Part shown: positions 52,099 through 64,000 of the stretch, piece by piece | Layout of the letters: each line of letters opens with the position of its first letter | Numbering within the stretch: the first letter of the stretch is position 1 | NCBI GenBank assembly: GCA_037447605.1 | Contig: CM074805.1 | Coordinates: 3,071,361-3,135,360, forward strand | DNA length: 64,000 nucleotides | DNA from: Zygnema circumcarinatum SAG 698-1b | Lineage: Eukaryota; Plantae; Zygnematophyceae | Direction of reading: 5' to 3' | Position numbers and translations under genes: made by a program | The notes under the pieces: model-generated | Seen by the model: the letters and a program-made list of their open reading frames with translations, nothing else | What the model was told of the DNA's origin: nothing | The model's database searches: none

Positions 52099-52877
52099 AG
52101 GGCTGCGAAACAGAGGCAGGGGATGAACCAGGGGATGCTCGTTGGCTGGGCTGTAGTGTACTGTACTGTACTGGGATGGTGGTTGTCTGTCCGCCATTTT
52201 GGACGGAGTTTGCCCCTTAGGGGCTACAGGTCACAGGAAAGGAATATCATGTCATGTAATTTGATGATCGCTTTGCACATGTAACATGCTTATTAGGTGA
52301 TGCAGGTTCAGCAGTTTGCCTCAGATGTTAGTGTAATCATATGTCCCACTTTAGAGCGACTCAGAAAGGAGCCCGAATGAGACGCCTGCTCCCATTTTGG
52401 TGGAGGTTGGCGTACAAACAGAGAGCGGCTCAGTCAGATAGGGAGTGAATGTGAACGTAGGATAGTACTGAAATGCTGGTGCTTGTGGGGAAAAGGCTTG
52501 TTTTAGCGGAAGCACGCGGGCTTCCCATCTCCTTTCAACTGCCCTCTCCTGCTTTAGGTCTGCCACAGGAGGACCCTATCTTTTGAATGTTCTTTGTGAA
52601 AACGCCAATTCATTCCTCTCTGAGTGAAAATAAGCACATGTGCTTTGCCGTGTGTAATCCGATGAGCACGCAAGGTGGGGAACTTTGCGAGTCGTTTCTT
52701 TGCTGTGTGGTAATGTCCTGGGACTTAAACGCGTGCGAGCACCTCTAATTTTGTTACGAACATTACCTATGTCACCTCATAAGACCCTATTGTGCACTGG
52801 CTAGGGATGGCTGCTCAACAGCATGGAACCGTTTAAATGAACAGTGACATATGCTCACATTCGACCGTAGTTGTTTT

Positions 52878-53073
52878 GCACATCGGTGACCTTTGCGGCT
52901 GCCTCGAGGGAGGGCTCGAAGCGTTGTTGAGCCTAGGCGTAGCCTTTCGCTCAGAGCTTTTTTCTGGAGTCATGTCCTTTGCGCCCAGTTAGTTCGTCGT
53001 GGTTCTCCATGCTGAGTTTGTCCATGCACATTTGATGGCATCATCGCCATCGTGAGATCCATGCCACTTCCAT
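52878..53073 (-). repeat. Dispersed repeat family R, copy E
   Basis: Reverse complement: GGAAGTGGCATGGATCTCACGATGGCGATGATGCCATCAAATGTGCATGGAC...GAACCACGAC...CTACGCCTAGGCTCAACAACGCTTCGAGCCCTCC...GCAGCCGCAAAGGTCACCGATGTGC. Confidence 0.85.
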
Positions 53074-53147
53074 CGTCTTTCGACATGGAACAGGCGCTAG
53101 CTCGGGCCTTTTTCCGCTTCTCTGGGACTTAACCTGTGAAGTGATCG

Positions 53148-53200
53148 CCAATCACGGCTTGACACGTTGCACATTTTTACACGTGACGGGCTGTGATTCA
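53148..53200. promoter_or_regulatory. 53-bp CCAAT/CACG dyad, copy 3 (right CCAAT box degenerate: ATTCA)
   Basis: CCAAT 53148, CACG 53163, CGTG 53182, ATTCA 53196. It ends 93 bp upstream of the AFG1-like ATG. Confidence 0.55.
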
Positions 53201-53292
53201 TTCAACATGACAGTTCGCTCAATGGAGGCCCGCCCGACGGTGCCCAAAAAGCAGCCGCGTGTACCGTCTGCTGAGAACTCAAACTGCCCGAA

Positions 53293-56200
53293 ATGGCCAT
53301 GGCGGCTCGGCGGAGGCTCGTCGCCGCTGCTCTGTCGCAGGGCGTGCGCTCTGCTCCTTCAAATGGCATTCGTCAAGGGCGAGGTGGCAAGCACTGTACT
53401 TCTGTCGGTACTTCAGAGGTGGAGATTTTGCCGTATGTTTCTGGCAGCTTGGACGGTGTTTTTCATCGACAGACACATGGCATGCAGACAGGTTTGTTTC
53501 TTGGATTTTTTTTTGGGAAAAAAGTTCCTCCTGCAAGTATTTCCTAGGTTCATATATTTTTTATGCGATTTTTATCACTGCTGGCCAGCATTGATAAAGG
53601 GAGCAATGTCCTTCCCGCTTCTTATTTCTTCTTCAAATTGCACTTTGTTTGTACAGTCTTCTCTGTCACATCAAATCAATCAACCTGTCACCAGCAGCAA
53701 GTGCCCGCAAGACTCAGGAATATGTCACATGGATCGCTTCAGATACAGCAGAGAGAGACAATATATAGCAGAGGACCTGCTTCTGACGGACCCCTTGCTG
53801 CTTATCGTCAACTTTTGGAAGATGGTGTCTTGCAAGCTGGCGACGTCAAGCAGGTTATCACTTAATCTTTGTACATTGGATATGTCTGACATGCTCCTGC
53901 CCCCAGTCATTCTTGTCCTCCCTTTAATGAATCTCTCGTATGAAGACCTTGTTAAAGAGGTTAGGGCTCGTCTGAAGGATCTCCGCCGTGTGAAGTAGAG
54001 CATCTCACGCGATTGCATTTTCTTGATTTCCCGCGATACTGTTTCAAGCATTGGAAGATTTATGTTGCACTGCTCTGGTATGACATTCCAAAGTGAGCGC
54101 CAGCATTTGCATCTCTCTCGTTAATTTATACCCCATATTGTATTGTACATTTTACATAGCAAACAAACTGACTTCAACGATTTCATTATTTTTGATTAAA
54201 AGAATATAACTAGGCTGAAAGCATTCGATCAGCCGAGCTACTCAACTTTATCGAATATTGTAGTGATAGCCAATGCAAATATATGCAAACATCTTGTCTA
54301 CGAGAGGTGAACAATGACTTACTAAATGACTTATTAAATGTATGTCACTTCAAAATGATATATGAAAGTGCAATATTTGTGAGACAGGGTTCGATAATGG
54401 CTCACATACGGAGCTGTGTACAAATCAATCAAAGTGAACGTGATACGTGAACTGTTTAATGTTCAAAGAGGGGTGCATGGTAGGCATATCCGACCAAGTT
54501 CTCAGCGAGCGAATGAGCTATCACAGAAAGTAACCTGTTTCAATAACGTCTCTGGTTGATTCTATTCTCATCGTGGATAATTGACGGGAATGCCCCTTAC
54601 ACTATGAATGTGCAGGAAGAATGCATCACTGAGTGATTGCGGCTCAAGTTTTTGTTCTTGGAGCTCCTGAATGAAACCAGTGCCTGCTTCCTCCATCTTG
54701 TTGCTAAAAACGGGCAAACTGAAACCTGTGGATGGGCTGCAGGAGGAAGCCGTCGAGAAGCTTCAAGAGCTCCACGATGAGTTTGCAAATGATTCTGCGA
54801 GGTTCGAATCTGCCTTTGTTAGCTGTAATCTGTCAATTACTGCAAGAAAATCATGTTGCTTATCTCATGGTGGGAGGCATTGTGGGAAAAAAATAAGTGA
54901 AGATCTTTGAAACGAAATGAGTTTGACAAACATTCAGAAGACATATAGAAGTGCACTTGTGAAAGTGTCTTATTCCATGAAAACATCAATAGAAGTTCCA
55001 TGTGGAAGCAACCAACAATGTCTTTGGTTTGCCGTTTGACTCTGGTCATGGCAGCCTGAGTCCAGATTGAATAATTGTGTTCTTATAGGATAGGAGAACG
55101 AAGTCAAACTGGATGAATTCCTGAATTGGTTAATCAACTACCTATATTTCGGTTCGCTTTTCCTTTGGGATGTGTATCTGGGTTTCCTTTCTCGGTGGAT
55201 ATGCCTAATGAAAATGGTTTTCTTTGCAGACCGCCATGGATGACCTTCCTTAAACCTCTCAGAAGTTTATTTGGTGAAAACCATTGGGACTGGCGGATGA
55301 TGGGTATCTACATGTATGGGGGCGTGGGAACGGGAAAAACGATGCTCATGGATGTCTTCTTTAATGGAGTCCCAGTTTCGAAGAAGAAGCGGATCCACTT
55401 CCACTCCTTTATGTGTGTGCACATCCCTTTATTCCATCTGTATTGCAGGCAGCCTGATCGCACGTCCACTCATTCCAACAAGAGAGGACGGATTACGTTC
55501 TGATGGTAGTTTGCTTGTCCCGATTTGTGGTTGCAGGTTGGATATGCACACTCGCCTACATCGACTTAGAAATAGCTATGCTGTCCGGTTGCGGAACAAG
55601 GATCCGATCGCCATAGTGGCAGAGCAGATATGTGAAGAATCACCTCTGCTTTGCCTTGATGAACTTGAAGGTGAGGTTTAGGTGAAACTGGCAGTGTTGT
55701 TTGTATTTAGTTTGTTTCCACCATTCACCATTTATCATTGATATACGGTTTTTTTGACGATGAAATACATACTCATGGCATTGTGTGGAGGATCTTGAAA
55801 ATAGACATCTGTACGTTCTCTGTGATGACGTGGACTACGGTATGCCGGTCTACTTGTTCGCCTTGCCCGTTTCTCCTTTCCTTTTCGTTTCCAACCCACA
55901 AGTCACCCAGGGGCAAGTTGTTGCACTAGAGTTTTCTCTCCTTCACAGTGTTTGGTTTGGTTTGGGAGTTTTGATTGCAGTGACGGACATAGCAGACGCC
56001 CTAATACTACTCCGACTATTCTCTCATGGTTGGCCACGTGGCCTGGTTCTAGTGGCCACCTCCAATAATGCTCCGGAAGGGCTGTACCGTGGTGGCCTCA
56101 ACCGCCAACTGGTCCGAGGCAAGCCAAAGGCCTCAGTCGCCCCTGCTTTGCGCTGCACTGCCCTGTCAAATCTTTCAGTCCCAGTTGAAATTGAAATGAA

Positions 56201-58245
56201 GTTCTGTACAACTGGGATTTTTTTCAAACTGTTACTGATTTCTGTTGCAGAATACTGTCTGTTCATGTGTTCTGCCCTTGATTGTTTCAGTTTGTTAGCA
56301 AATCTTCATTTTTTTTCCCGCTGTCGATGCTCGATTTTATGTTTCAGCTTTGAAAGAATCTCTAGAATTCCTTTAGGTGAAGACTAAAAACATTTGTATC
56401 TGCGCATTGGTGAGAGGGTGGTTTCATGGCATTCATTCATAAAACTCTCACACGGCCTGTTGGTATAAGATCTCGCTGAAGCATGTCGAGGTTAATGTAG
56501 TCCATTTGTTGCCATGATTTTGAATATCAGTTAGTTATCAGTTTTTTGGAGTCGTGTGGGAAAAGACAGAGGCTTTCAAATATTTCTGAAGTGAGCGGGA
56601 AGTGTTTCAGACAGACAATGGTGTTAATTATTTTCGGAAACTCAGAGAACTATACGACAAATGCTATTAACCATTTGTTTCTTTCCTCCTGTGTTGCTGC
56701 AGTTTGTGCCCTTTTATAACCTGCTGAGAGATTATTGTGACGTAATCAACTTAGATGGAGGGAAAGATTATCGGAGAGGTTGTGTTTTGCTGAACACTTT
56801 CCTTTACTCTGAAAACAATGAGGCACAGGAATTGATGGACAAGGCATTCGAGGCTTTAACTGGTGAGGAATTCTGGCTTCAGTCCCGGATTTTCCCCTAG
56901 AGTCAGCATCAGCCTGCATCACTGTTTCACTCTCATTTGAACTGGCGCAGGTTTTCTCGATAGTTCTCACCTTTTTCTACGTAGTAGTGATACTTTCTTC
57001 CCTGGCATTTCTTTGTCAGACTTTCCCTGTCGTTAGAGAGAGTCATGTCATGTCATTTCGGTGCAAAATAAGTGTCTCTTTGCATTTATCGCAGGCTTCA
57101 TGTATGTGTCGCAAACGCATGTTTTCCAATACAGAGCATTATGAAGATCCCATCGGCTGAAAGCAGGCTCGTCCAAGTAGTTTCTTGAGGCTTGTCAGTT
57201 GCAAGCGGTGTTTACCTGCCAAACCCACTTCGTAAATGACTGAATATAGGGGCTTGTTCTTTAGGTCATCGATTTGGTCAAGAGAGAATAGAGAGATTGT
57301 CTTCTACAAGCTCCTCTATGCAGGAAAACAGCGGTTATACTCATACACATCTTCTTCTGCGTGCAGATGAACCACCTCATCCGACATCGTTACCGGTCAT
57401 GATGGGTCGGAAGGTGGTGGTCCCGCTAGCGGCTGGATCGGTGGCTCGATTTAACTTTGATGACATTTGTGGAGGACCACTTGGGGCTGCAGATTACCTC
57501 GTCCTTGCACAGGAGTATCGTGTTATTTTTGTTGACAGGTGACTGCTTTGAATCACTACATTATGCCAGTATAGAGTGGAAGGCAGCAGGCAATTTGTCG
57601 GGGACCTACTTTCTGCTTTTCCTCCGTTGGTGCAGCCGGTACTGCTCTGGGGAGAGGCAGCTTGAATAGGAATTTGTTGCTTGCACTTGCTGGTGGGAAA
57701 CGGTGTATGTTTCACACGGTGCCAAGTTCAGCCCCGTCGTTGGAAGGTTTACTTGAAGTACGAATTTGTTCTGTCTGTGCAGGATTCCCTGGTTGGGAGA
57801 TCCTGCGAGCGAGAATTTGGCAAGGCGGTTTATCACTCTCATTGACATCATGTATGAGAACTTGCGAATCCTTTTCTGCTCATCAGCTGTTCCGATCGAC
57901 TCCTTGTTTTCTTCTGATGGCGGGATGGAGGAGAAGCCTCCCACGGAAGTCCTGCAGGATGACGATGGCCACGACAATGACGACGAGCGCACCTCCCAAC
58001 TCTCCGTTGCAGGCCATGGCGGGAGCTCTGGGCGCTCCACCACGATGATCAGAGGTATGGAGTGGAGCGCCACTGGACGAAGCGGTGTTTCCTTGGCCCA
58101 ACTTTCGGGGGCGAGCTTTACCAGAGCGGCATCGAGAAGGACGGTGTCTCGGCTGCTCGAGATGCAGAGCGAGGTGTATTTGTTGAAGGACGAAGCTCTG
58201 GGGGGAAGGGTGATCTCATTGCTCAAGCAAAATCTGCCGGCTTGA
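53293..58245 (+). CDS. AFG1/LACE1/ZapE-family ATPase with organellar presequence, multi-exon
   Basis: Arg/Ala-rich N-terminus; GPLAAYRQL; [19 protein letters not shown] (Walker A); RIHFHSFM; LLCLDE (Walker B); VTDIADA; [18 protein letters not shown]; DYRR; PLGAADY; [13 protein letters not shown]; [11 protein letters not shown]. Confidence 0.93.
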
Positions 58246-58786
58246 GCAGGACGATTCATTTCACAAGCGCGACGTGAAGCTTATTTTCCTCGCATTTGTG
58301 AAGGTCATTTCGCCGTTGTCTAAAATAGAGCATTTCAGCAGTGCCCGTACAAGTTAATTTTAGCGATGGATCAGGTGTATAGATTGAATTTTTGCTTTGT
58401 AGCTTCCACAATTCCAAAAAAATCCAACGTTCTGTATTTCTACAGAAGGATGCTGCAATTGCAATAAAGGTTTGGCCTCACTTGCAGCCTCCCTTGGTGA
58501 CCTCGCTTTCTGCGCACACTTTCATGAGGGGGGTCTGTAAAAGAAGGACAGGACAAAAGTGAGGGGGGGGGGAAACCATCGCGTCGGCAGCATGCGCACA
58601 TAGCACCAATGAAGGAATGAGCTGCAAGTCACCGCCAACGATGTCAACAGCTGTTGGATACAACGTTACATCCGTAATACGTAGTAGCACTTGAGCTGAT
58701 TTTTGGGAAACGCATTAAACCCATCATTTTGTTTCTGAGAGAAGTATACGCATTGATCTCACGATTGAAGCATTAGCATCGTCGGG

Positions 58787-58841
58787 GGAACTTTCATTGA
58801 ACTCGCGATGGCGAGGCCATCAAATGTACATGGACAAAGCA
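58787..58841 (+). repeat. Dispersed repeat family R, copy F (truncated; an extra CATTGATCTCACGAT fragment lies at 58751-58765)
   Basis: GGAACTTTCATTGAACTCGCGATGGCGAGGCCATCAAATGTACATGGACAAAG, nearly identical to the head of copy C. Confidence 0.8.
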
Positions 58842-59008
58842 TCTTCCCGTTCCCCATATACTTATAAATGTGTGTAAGGTAATGAACAGCAAATTTTGAA
58901 GCCTTTACATGAACACTAGCGTACAGCAGCAGCAGCAGCCACACTTACGCAACGCCTCTGCCTGCCTGCCAGCCTGACTCGGACTCAATACTCTGTGACT
59001 CGGTGTCA

Positions 59009-62000
59009 CTATTTAGGGTTTGGCGGCCGACTGTTGGCGGCGCTGACGCGGGAGCCCCACTCGAGCAGCTCGCGGCTCGTGTCGTCTCGATGCACCATCA
59101 CTTCGATGAAGCACAGCGAGTCCGCCTTCTCGCCCTCCGCTGTGGCAATGGCCCGCGTCAGCTCTGCCTCCGTCCGCACCTGTAAACCAGCATCACATCT
59201 CGTCCTGTTGGTGACCTTCGTCAACACGCACGTGCAAGAAGTCATTGCATACGGCAGGATTTGCAAATCTTCCAACAGAAGGCACCTCACTGCACCACCT
59301 CAATACTATTGGCGTCGTTCAACACAAGAAAGAGGCACTGATCCTTTCGGCAGGTAATTGCAAGGACGAACTAAGGATAAAGTCGGGCTTCTAAAGGCAC
59401 ATGCGGGCTATGGACGGTGTCACTTCACCTGACAGGTCCAATATTTCCCCTGCTTATTGCCAAAGTTTTCAACTACGCCAGCGTAGTTCCAGTTATGAAT
59501 TACATTATAGGGTCCGTCGTGAATCTCAACTTCAATGGTGTATCCACCGTTATTGATCAGAAAAATTATGGATTTTTGCCCGTAGCGGATCATAGTTGAA
59601 ACATCCTGCGCAGTCACCTGAATGTGCCAAAAGGGACACATAAGATTAAGAAAAGAAGAGGTGAATAAACCCACTGGTTCTCTGGCTGCCTTTCGAGCCT
59701 CCATTTCGCTAGTAGCCTTCATTTCCTCGTTCGGTCATTTGTTACATTTTTCACGTTGGTTCTTCACTGAGGCCCGCCCTAAGTACATCTGATGGCGCCG
59801 CTATTGTGAAATCAATGGCGTTTATCTACTTCGTTTCGACAGTCCACTATCATGATTGACTGTTGTGATGAGAAACATGAGACAAAGACAGTAAATCCAT
59901 CTAAACGTGAAAACACGATCAATAAAATGCCTACTTTACCTTTGAATATATATCAGAATAGGACATGTCCTCCAAGAAGGGGATTGGAAAGAGCTCTTGC
60001 CTGGAAGCTGCCATCCCCAATGCATGCGATAACTCGTTTTCTCCGAGCTCCTTGGGCATAGCCAAGAGTTGCACCCACTGCCCAGCCAATGGAGCCGTAT
60101 TGCATTTGGAACTCATATCTGAACAGATGAACAACAGGATGGAATCATGGCACATCCGTCCCTGCCGCCTAGTTTTGGGTCCTGTGGTTTTTAGAGTCCC
60201 GTGATTAGTATTTCATACTTCGAGCATACTCTAACGTCCTCCAATAGGAGCCCCAAGTAATTTCCTTCATTTGCCTGAAGAGACTTGAGGTCTATCACTC
60301 ACCCGCAACCTTCTGGAAGCTTCAACTTCTGGCAATTGAACCACGAATCCCCCGTTTCCGCAATGACTGCTGTTTCGCTAGTCAGCAAGTTCTGCAAGTC
60401 AAAATGTTCTACCACTTCGTTTAATCCTTACTCGAGAGTCGCAACAAACGTGAAAATGGCTAAAACATTCTTTCTCTCGCAGCAGGTACAACGAGGCCAC
60501 CTTCATGAACCTAGCAAAGGAGACTAATTATTAAACTCATTCTACTTAATAGTAAAAACCTCGAAAACGCCTGCCGACATCACCTGAATGTGAGTAAATA
60601 AAACATTCGTTCGAAGCTGCTCATTGGGACCCTGCTCCGAGGGCTTCCCAGGCGGCACATACATCCTCAAAAAGTTGTCGTATGCCGTTGGATTTGCGGA
60701 CACGTGTGCCCCCAGCTTCTCAAAGAAATCCGCCATCAAAACACATCCGTACGTCTCTACTCCACCAATCGTCACTCTGTCTACGTCAACTCTCACCATC
60801 TTCTCCTTCTGAAGCAGAAGCGAATAACCAACGGAGCTGTAGTCGTTAAACACGGGCCCTGCAAAGAGGTAGGCGTCCGCTGACTCCACGATATCAACCA
60901 CAAACGGAGACGAAACGGCCCCCCAATAAGTGCCTATATAGCGTTTCTGTGTCTCCGGAATCAGTCCCTTTGCAGCAGGCATTGTTGCCACCGGATACTC
61001 TGCAGCCTCCGCGAGCTGCAGGAAGGAGGGGGCAGCTCCGGCCACACGCAATTTAGCACCAGCCACCAGCACCGGCTTCTTGGCCGCATTCAGAAAGGCG
61101 GCAGCTGCCTCGACAGCCGCTTTTAATGATTGAGGATTGCTGAGCCTGTGTGGGAGGTGGAGGGAGGAGAGTAGAAAGGACGGAATATAGAACTGATAAA
61201 GTTAGAGGACTGGTATGGCATGAGGGGTTAAAAGTTGAATTTGCGCTGGTTCTCGTGACATAGATAGGAGCAAGGCGGAAATCACAAAACGGACATCCTG
61301 CTATTCTTTGGACTTTGGTAGGCAGCGAAGGAGGCGGCCTCACTTCGGGGAGAGAGCGTAGGGCACGGGTGGCTTTGAGAAGCTCGGATGAGTGAGGCCC
61401 GCCAGATTACAGCTGATGCTTATATAAGCAGGTTTACTCTGGCGGATCGCTTCAGATATTGCCGAGTCAACCTTCTCATACGCGTCTTCAAGGTCGCTAA
61501 TCACCACCTGAAATACCCCGAAGTTCCCATTCCAGGCAGTCTAATCGTTCAATCAGGCAGCCTAGACGATAGCCTGATGGCATCCCCTGTCAAAATTAGC
61601 GAACGCAAGATCCACACTCCGACATTGCCCTTCTTTTGTTATAGCCGGGAGATTGCATTGCAATCATAAATTTTGAACCATCATTGAACAAATCGAGCTC
61701 TGCGGAATTCTCAAAAGAGAAAATCAATTGTTCACCCTGGGACCGGATCTTGTTGTTCACCTCATTTTGCACAAATAAGCAAATGATAAGCCATGACTTC
61801 GCAGTGTCTGGAAGCTGCTTGTAAAATGGTGACTGCTAGCGTGTTGGTTTGCGGATGCTTACACCTTTTTATATTGTTGCCATGAATTCGACTTCTAAGA
61901 AATGTTCAACCTCTTCATTGACATAAAATTGGAATTGGACTTGCATGAGAAGGTCGTACCTGGACGCAGGTGACTTGCTGAAAGCAGCGAAACTCATGGC

Positions 62001-62762
62001 CGTAGTCAGGCAGTCCAATAGTGTGGTGGAGGATGCGACTTGTGCCGTAGTCGTTGCTGTTCGGGCCGCCAACTATACAGATTACTGGCAGACTTTCACT
62101 GCGTGTAAAAGCCAGAGGATAGAGGCAGGATTACGTTGTCGAATGAATTGGGAGCTCGCATCTCATATTAAATTTGAAATCGAGCCATGTGAGGTAATAT
62201 GCAATCCTTGATGGATGCAATGTGTACCTGTATGCTCCAGCAATGGCGTTGATGACACTGAGTCCACCCACAGTGAATGTCACCACACAACATGCCACAC
62301 CCTGCTCCATTGAACATCCACCATTAAGCCGGAAACGGACCATGCTCGGCCATACACATCAAATTTTTCAAAGAACCAAATCCCAGCCGAAAATGGAGAG
62401 CGCCGTAAGTGAAACTCACTCTGGCCCGGGAGTACCCATCGGCCGCATATCCTGCGTTGAGCTCGTTGCAGCATCCGATCATTGACAGTCTTGGCTCCGA
62501 AATGAGCTGTCAATTCCGTGAAATAAAATTAAAAGAAACGTATTACAGTTGACATGATTTTCTTGGCGGAAATGCTCAAAGAACAGCCAAATTTGATGAA
62601 GACATAGCCCAAAATCCCTCAGAGCAAGCTCACCTGGTCCAGCAGAACGAGATTGAAGTCTCCTGGCACAGAGAAAAAGTCCTCGACTCCGACCTCCACC
62701 AGCCGCGAGGCGATGTGGTGCCCCAGCGTGCGCGGGCGGCCGCTTCCCCTCTCCTCCGCCAT
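59009..62762 (-). CDS. PDC: Pyruvate decarboxylase (plant type, TPP-dependent), multi-exon
   Basis: [28 protein letters not shown]; [14 protein letters not shown]; [19 protein letters not shown]; IGTYWGAVS; [13 protein letters not shown]; [12 protein letters not shown]; TPP motif IGDGSFQ...[20 protein letters not shown]; [25 protein letters not shown]. Confidence 0.97.
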
Positions 62763-63239
62763 GGCCGCTTGGACGCCGCTCCAAGCGCTGCCCTCCAAAA
62801 ACGGCGCCAAGAGGGGGGGACTTTACAGCGGCGTCACCGGATGCCATGTGGCGATCGGAGAGTGGCCGATGACACGTGCACCGATTTTTCGGCCGCTGAC
62901 GGTGTGGCACGTGGAAGACTTTGTCGGCTACGTGGTCGACGCGTGGCAGGTCGAAAGCGAGACACTCGACTGTGACGTCGACGTCGGTCGGGTTACATGA
63001 CGACGTGTGGAGCGTTCAGTCACTGGTCGCATGAGCACATAGATGGCAGCGTCTGCGTTTGACTGAAGAGTGGTAGACAACACATAGTTGCACCGTTGAA
63101 CGGCGACTGAACTAGGATGCACGCAGCTACATGCAGCGAGACGTGGTCACGTCGCCCGTCTTTGACCCAAATGGCCACATTTGGATGGCCATGTCCTCAG
63201 CACACCTCGGCCCCCACCTCAAACGACGAGCAATTCCAT

Positions 63240-63337
63240 TGTCCTGAGGTTCTTTGTGACCAGTTCCTCGTGGTTCTCCGTGACGTTTTTGTCCATGTAC
63301 ATGTGCTGGCCTCGGCACCGTGAGATCAATGCCACAT
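63240..63337 (-). repeat. Dispersed repeat family R, copy G
   Basis: Reverse complement: GTGGCATTGATCTCACGGTGCCGAGGCCAGCACATGTACATGGACAAAAACGTCACGGAGAACCACGAGGAACTGGTCACAAAG. Confidence 0.78.
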
Positions 63338-64000
63338 CATTTTACTATTTTTTACTTGGCTCTCGATTTTATGTTTGTTCATACTTTCAGCTCCAGATTC
63401 CCCATGGCGGACAAAAATTTGAAGCGCATACGAACTTCTGGGTCGAGACTCGAGACGCTTTGCGGTTTGCCAGAATTTCATTTTTGAAGGGTGGATGCAC
63501 CCAAACCTGACACAGAACACGAGCGATTATCAATTATTTGATGGTCAACTTGTTTTCGTTAACTGGAAGACTTTGTTTCTCACTCAAAATTAATTGAAGA
63601 GAATTGCGTACAGTTTCCAGGTTTTAGGAATCTGGTTTTCGAAATTTACTTGAACAAAATCGTCAATGTCTCAGTGTCTCAACCTTTTTGATATTAGGGC
63701 TTGCACGTCTTACAAGACGTCAGTATGTCTCTTCTGTTCAGAGTCCAGAACGGGTTTTTAAGATTTTAAGCTCCGGTGATAAGCCGATCCGCTCGGGCCG
63801 AAGCACTTTCATAACTTAAATTTTCGTAATGCTTTTTGTAAGGGTTGTTCAGTCTGACAAGCCCTACTGCTGTGGTAGTTTTGACCAAAATCCAAGAGCA
63901 ATGTAGCCAACTTCAACAAAACTAGGGAGACCAGACGCACTACAACGAAACACCAACCCCATCCTCACTTCCTCATACACTTCGATATACACGCCTTCAC

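Overview
Eukaryotic, intron-rich nuclear DNA from a green plant lineage. The plant-type genes plus a very divergent MAX2 suggest a streptophyte (charophyte) alga, but this is inference. Ten spliced protein genes can be reconstructed by hand: RFC1 (-), PI-phospholipase C (-), organellar TyrRS (-), an NFD4/nodulin-like MFS transporter (-), plastid ObgC GTPase (+), a secreted PstS-like phosphate-binding protein (-), PP2A scaffold subunit A (-), a MAX2/D3-like F-box LRR protein (+), an AFG1/ZapE-type ATPase (+) and pyruvate decarboxylase (-). Intergenic DNA holds five non-autonomous DNA transposons with readable TIRs and target-site duplications: two P-like, one Ac-like hAT, one MULE with a transposase remnant, and one Tc1/mariner-like. 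It also holds seven copies of an unclassified hairpin-containing dispersed repeat and a 53-bp fixed-geometry CCAAT/CACG dyad in three promoters. The main highlights are (1) a bacterial-type PstS/DING-like gene domesticated with a signal peptide and a spliceosomal intron inside a transposon-rich island, and (2) an intron-containing proto-MAX2. No rRNA, tRNA or CRISPR array was found. Exon boundaries and family calls come from reading by eye and remembered motifs, not database searches.
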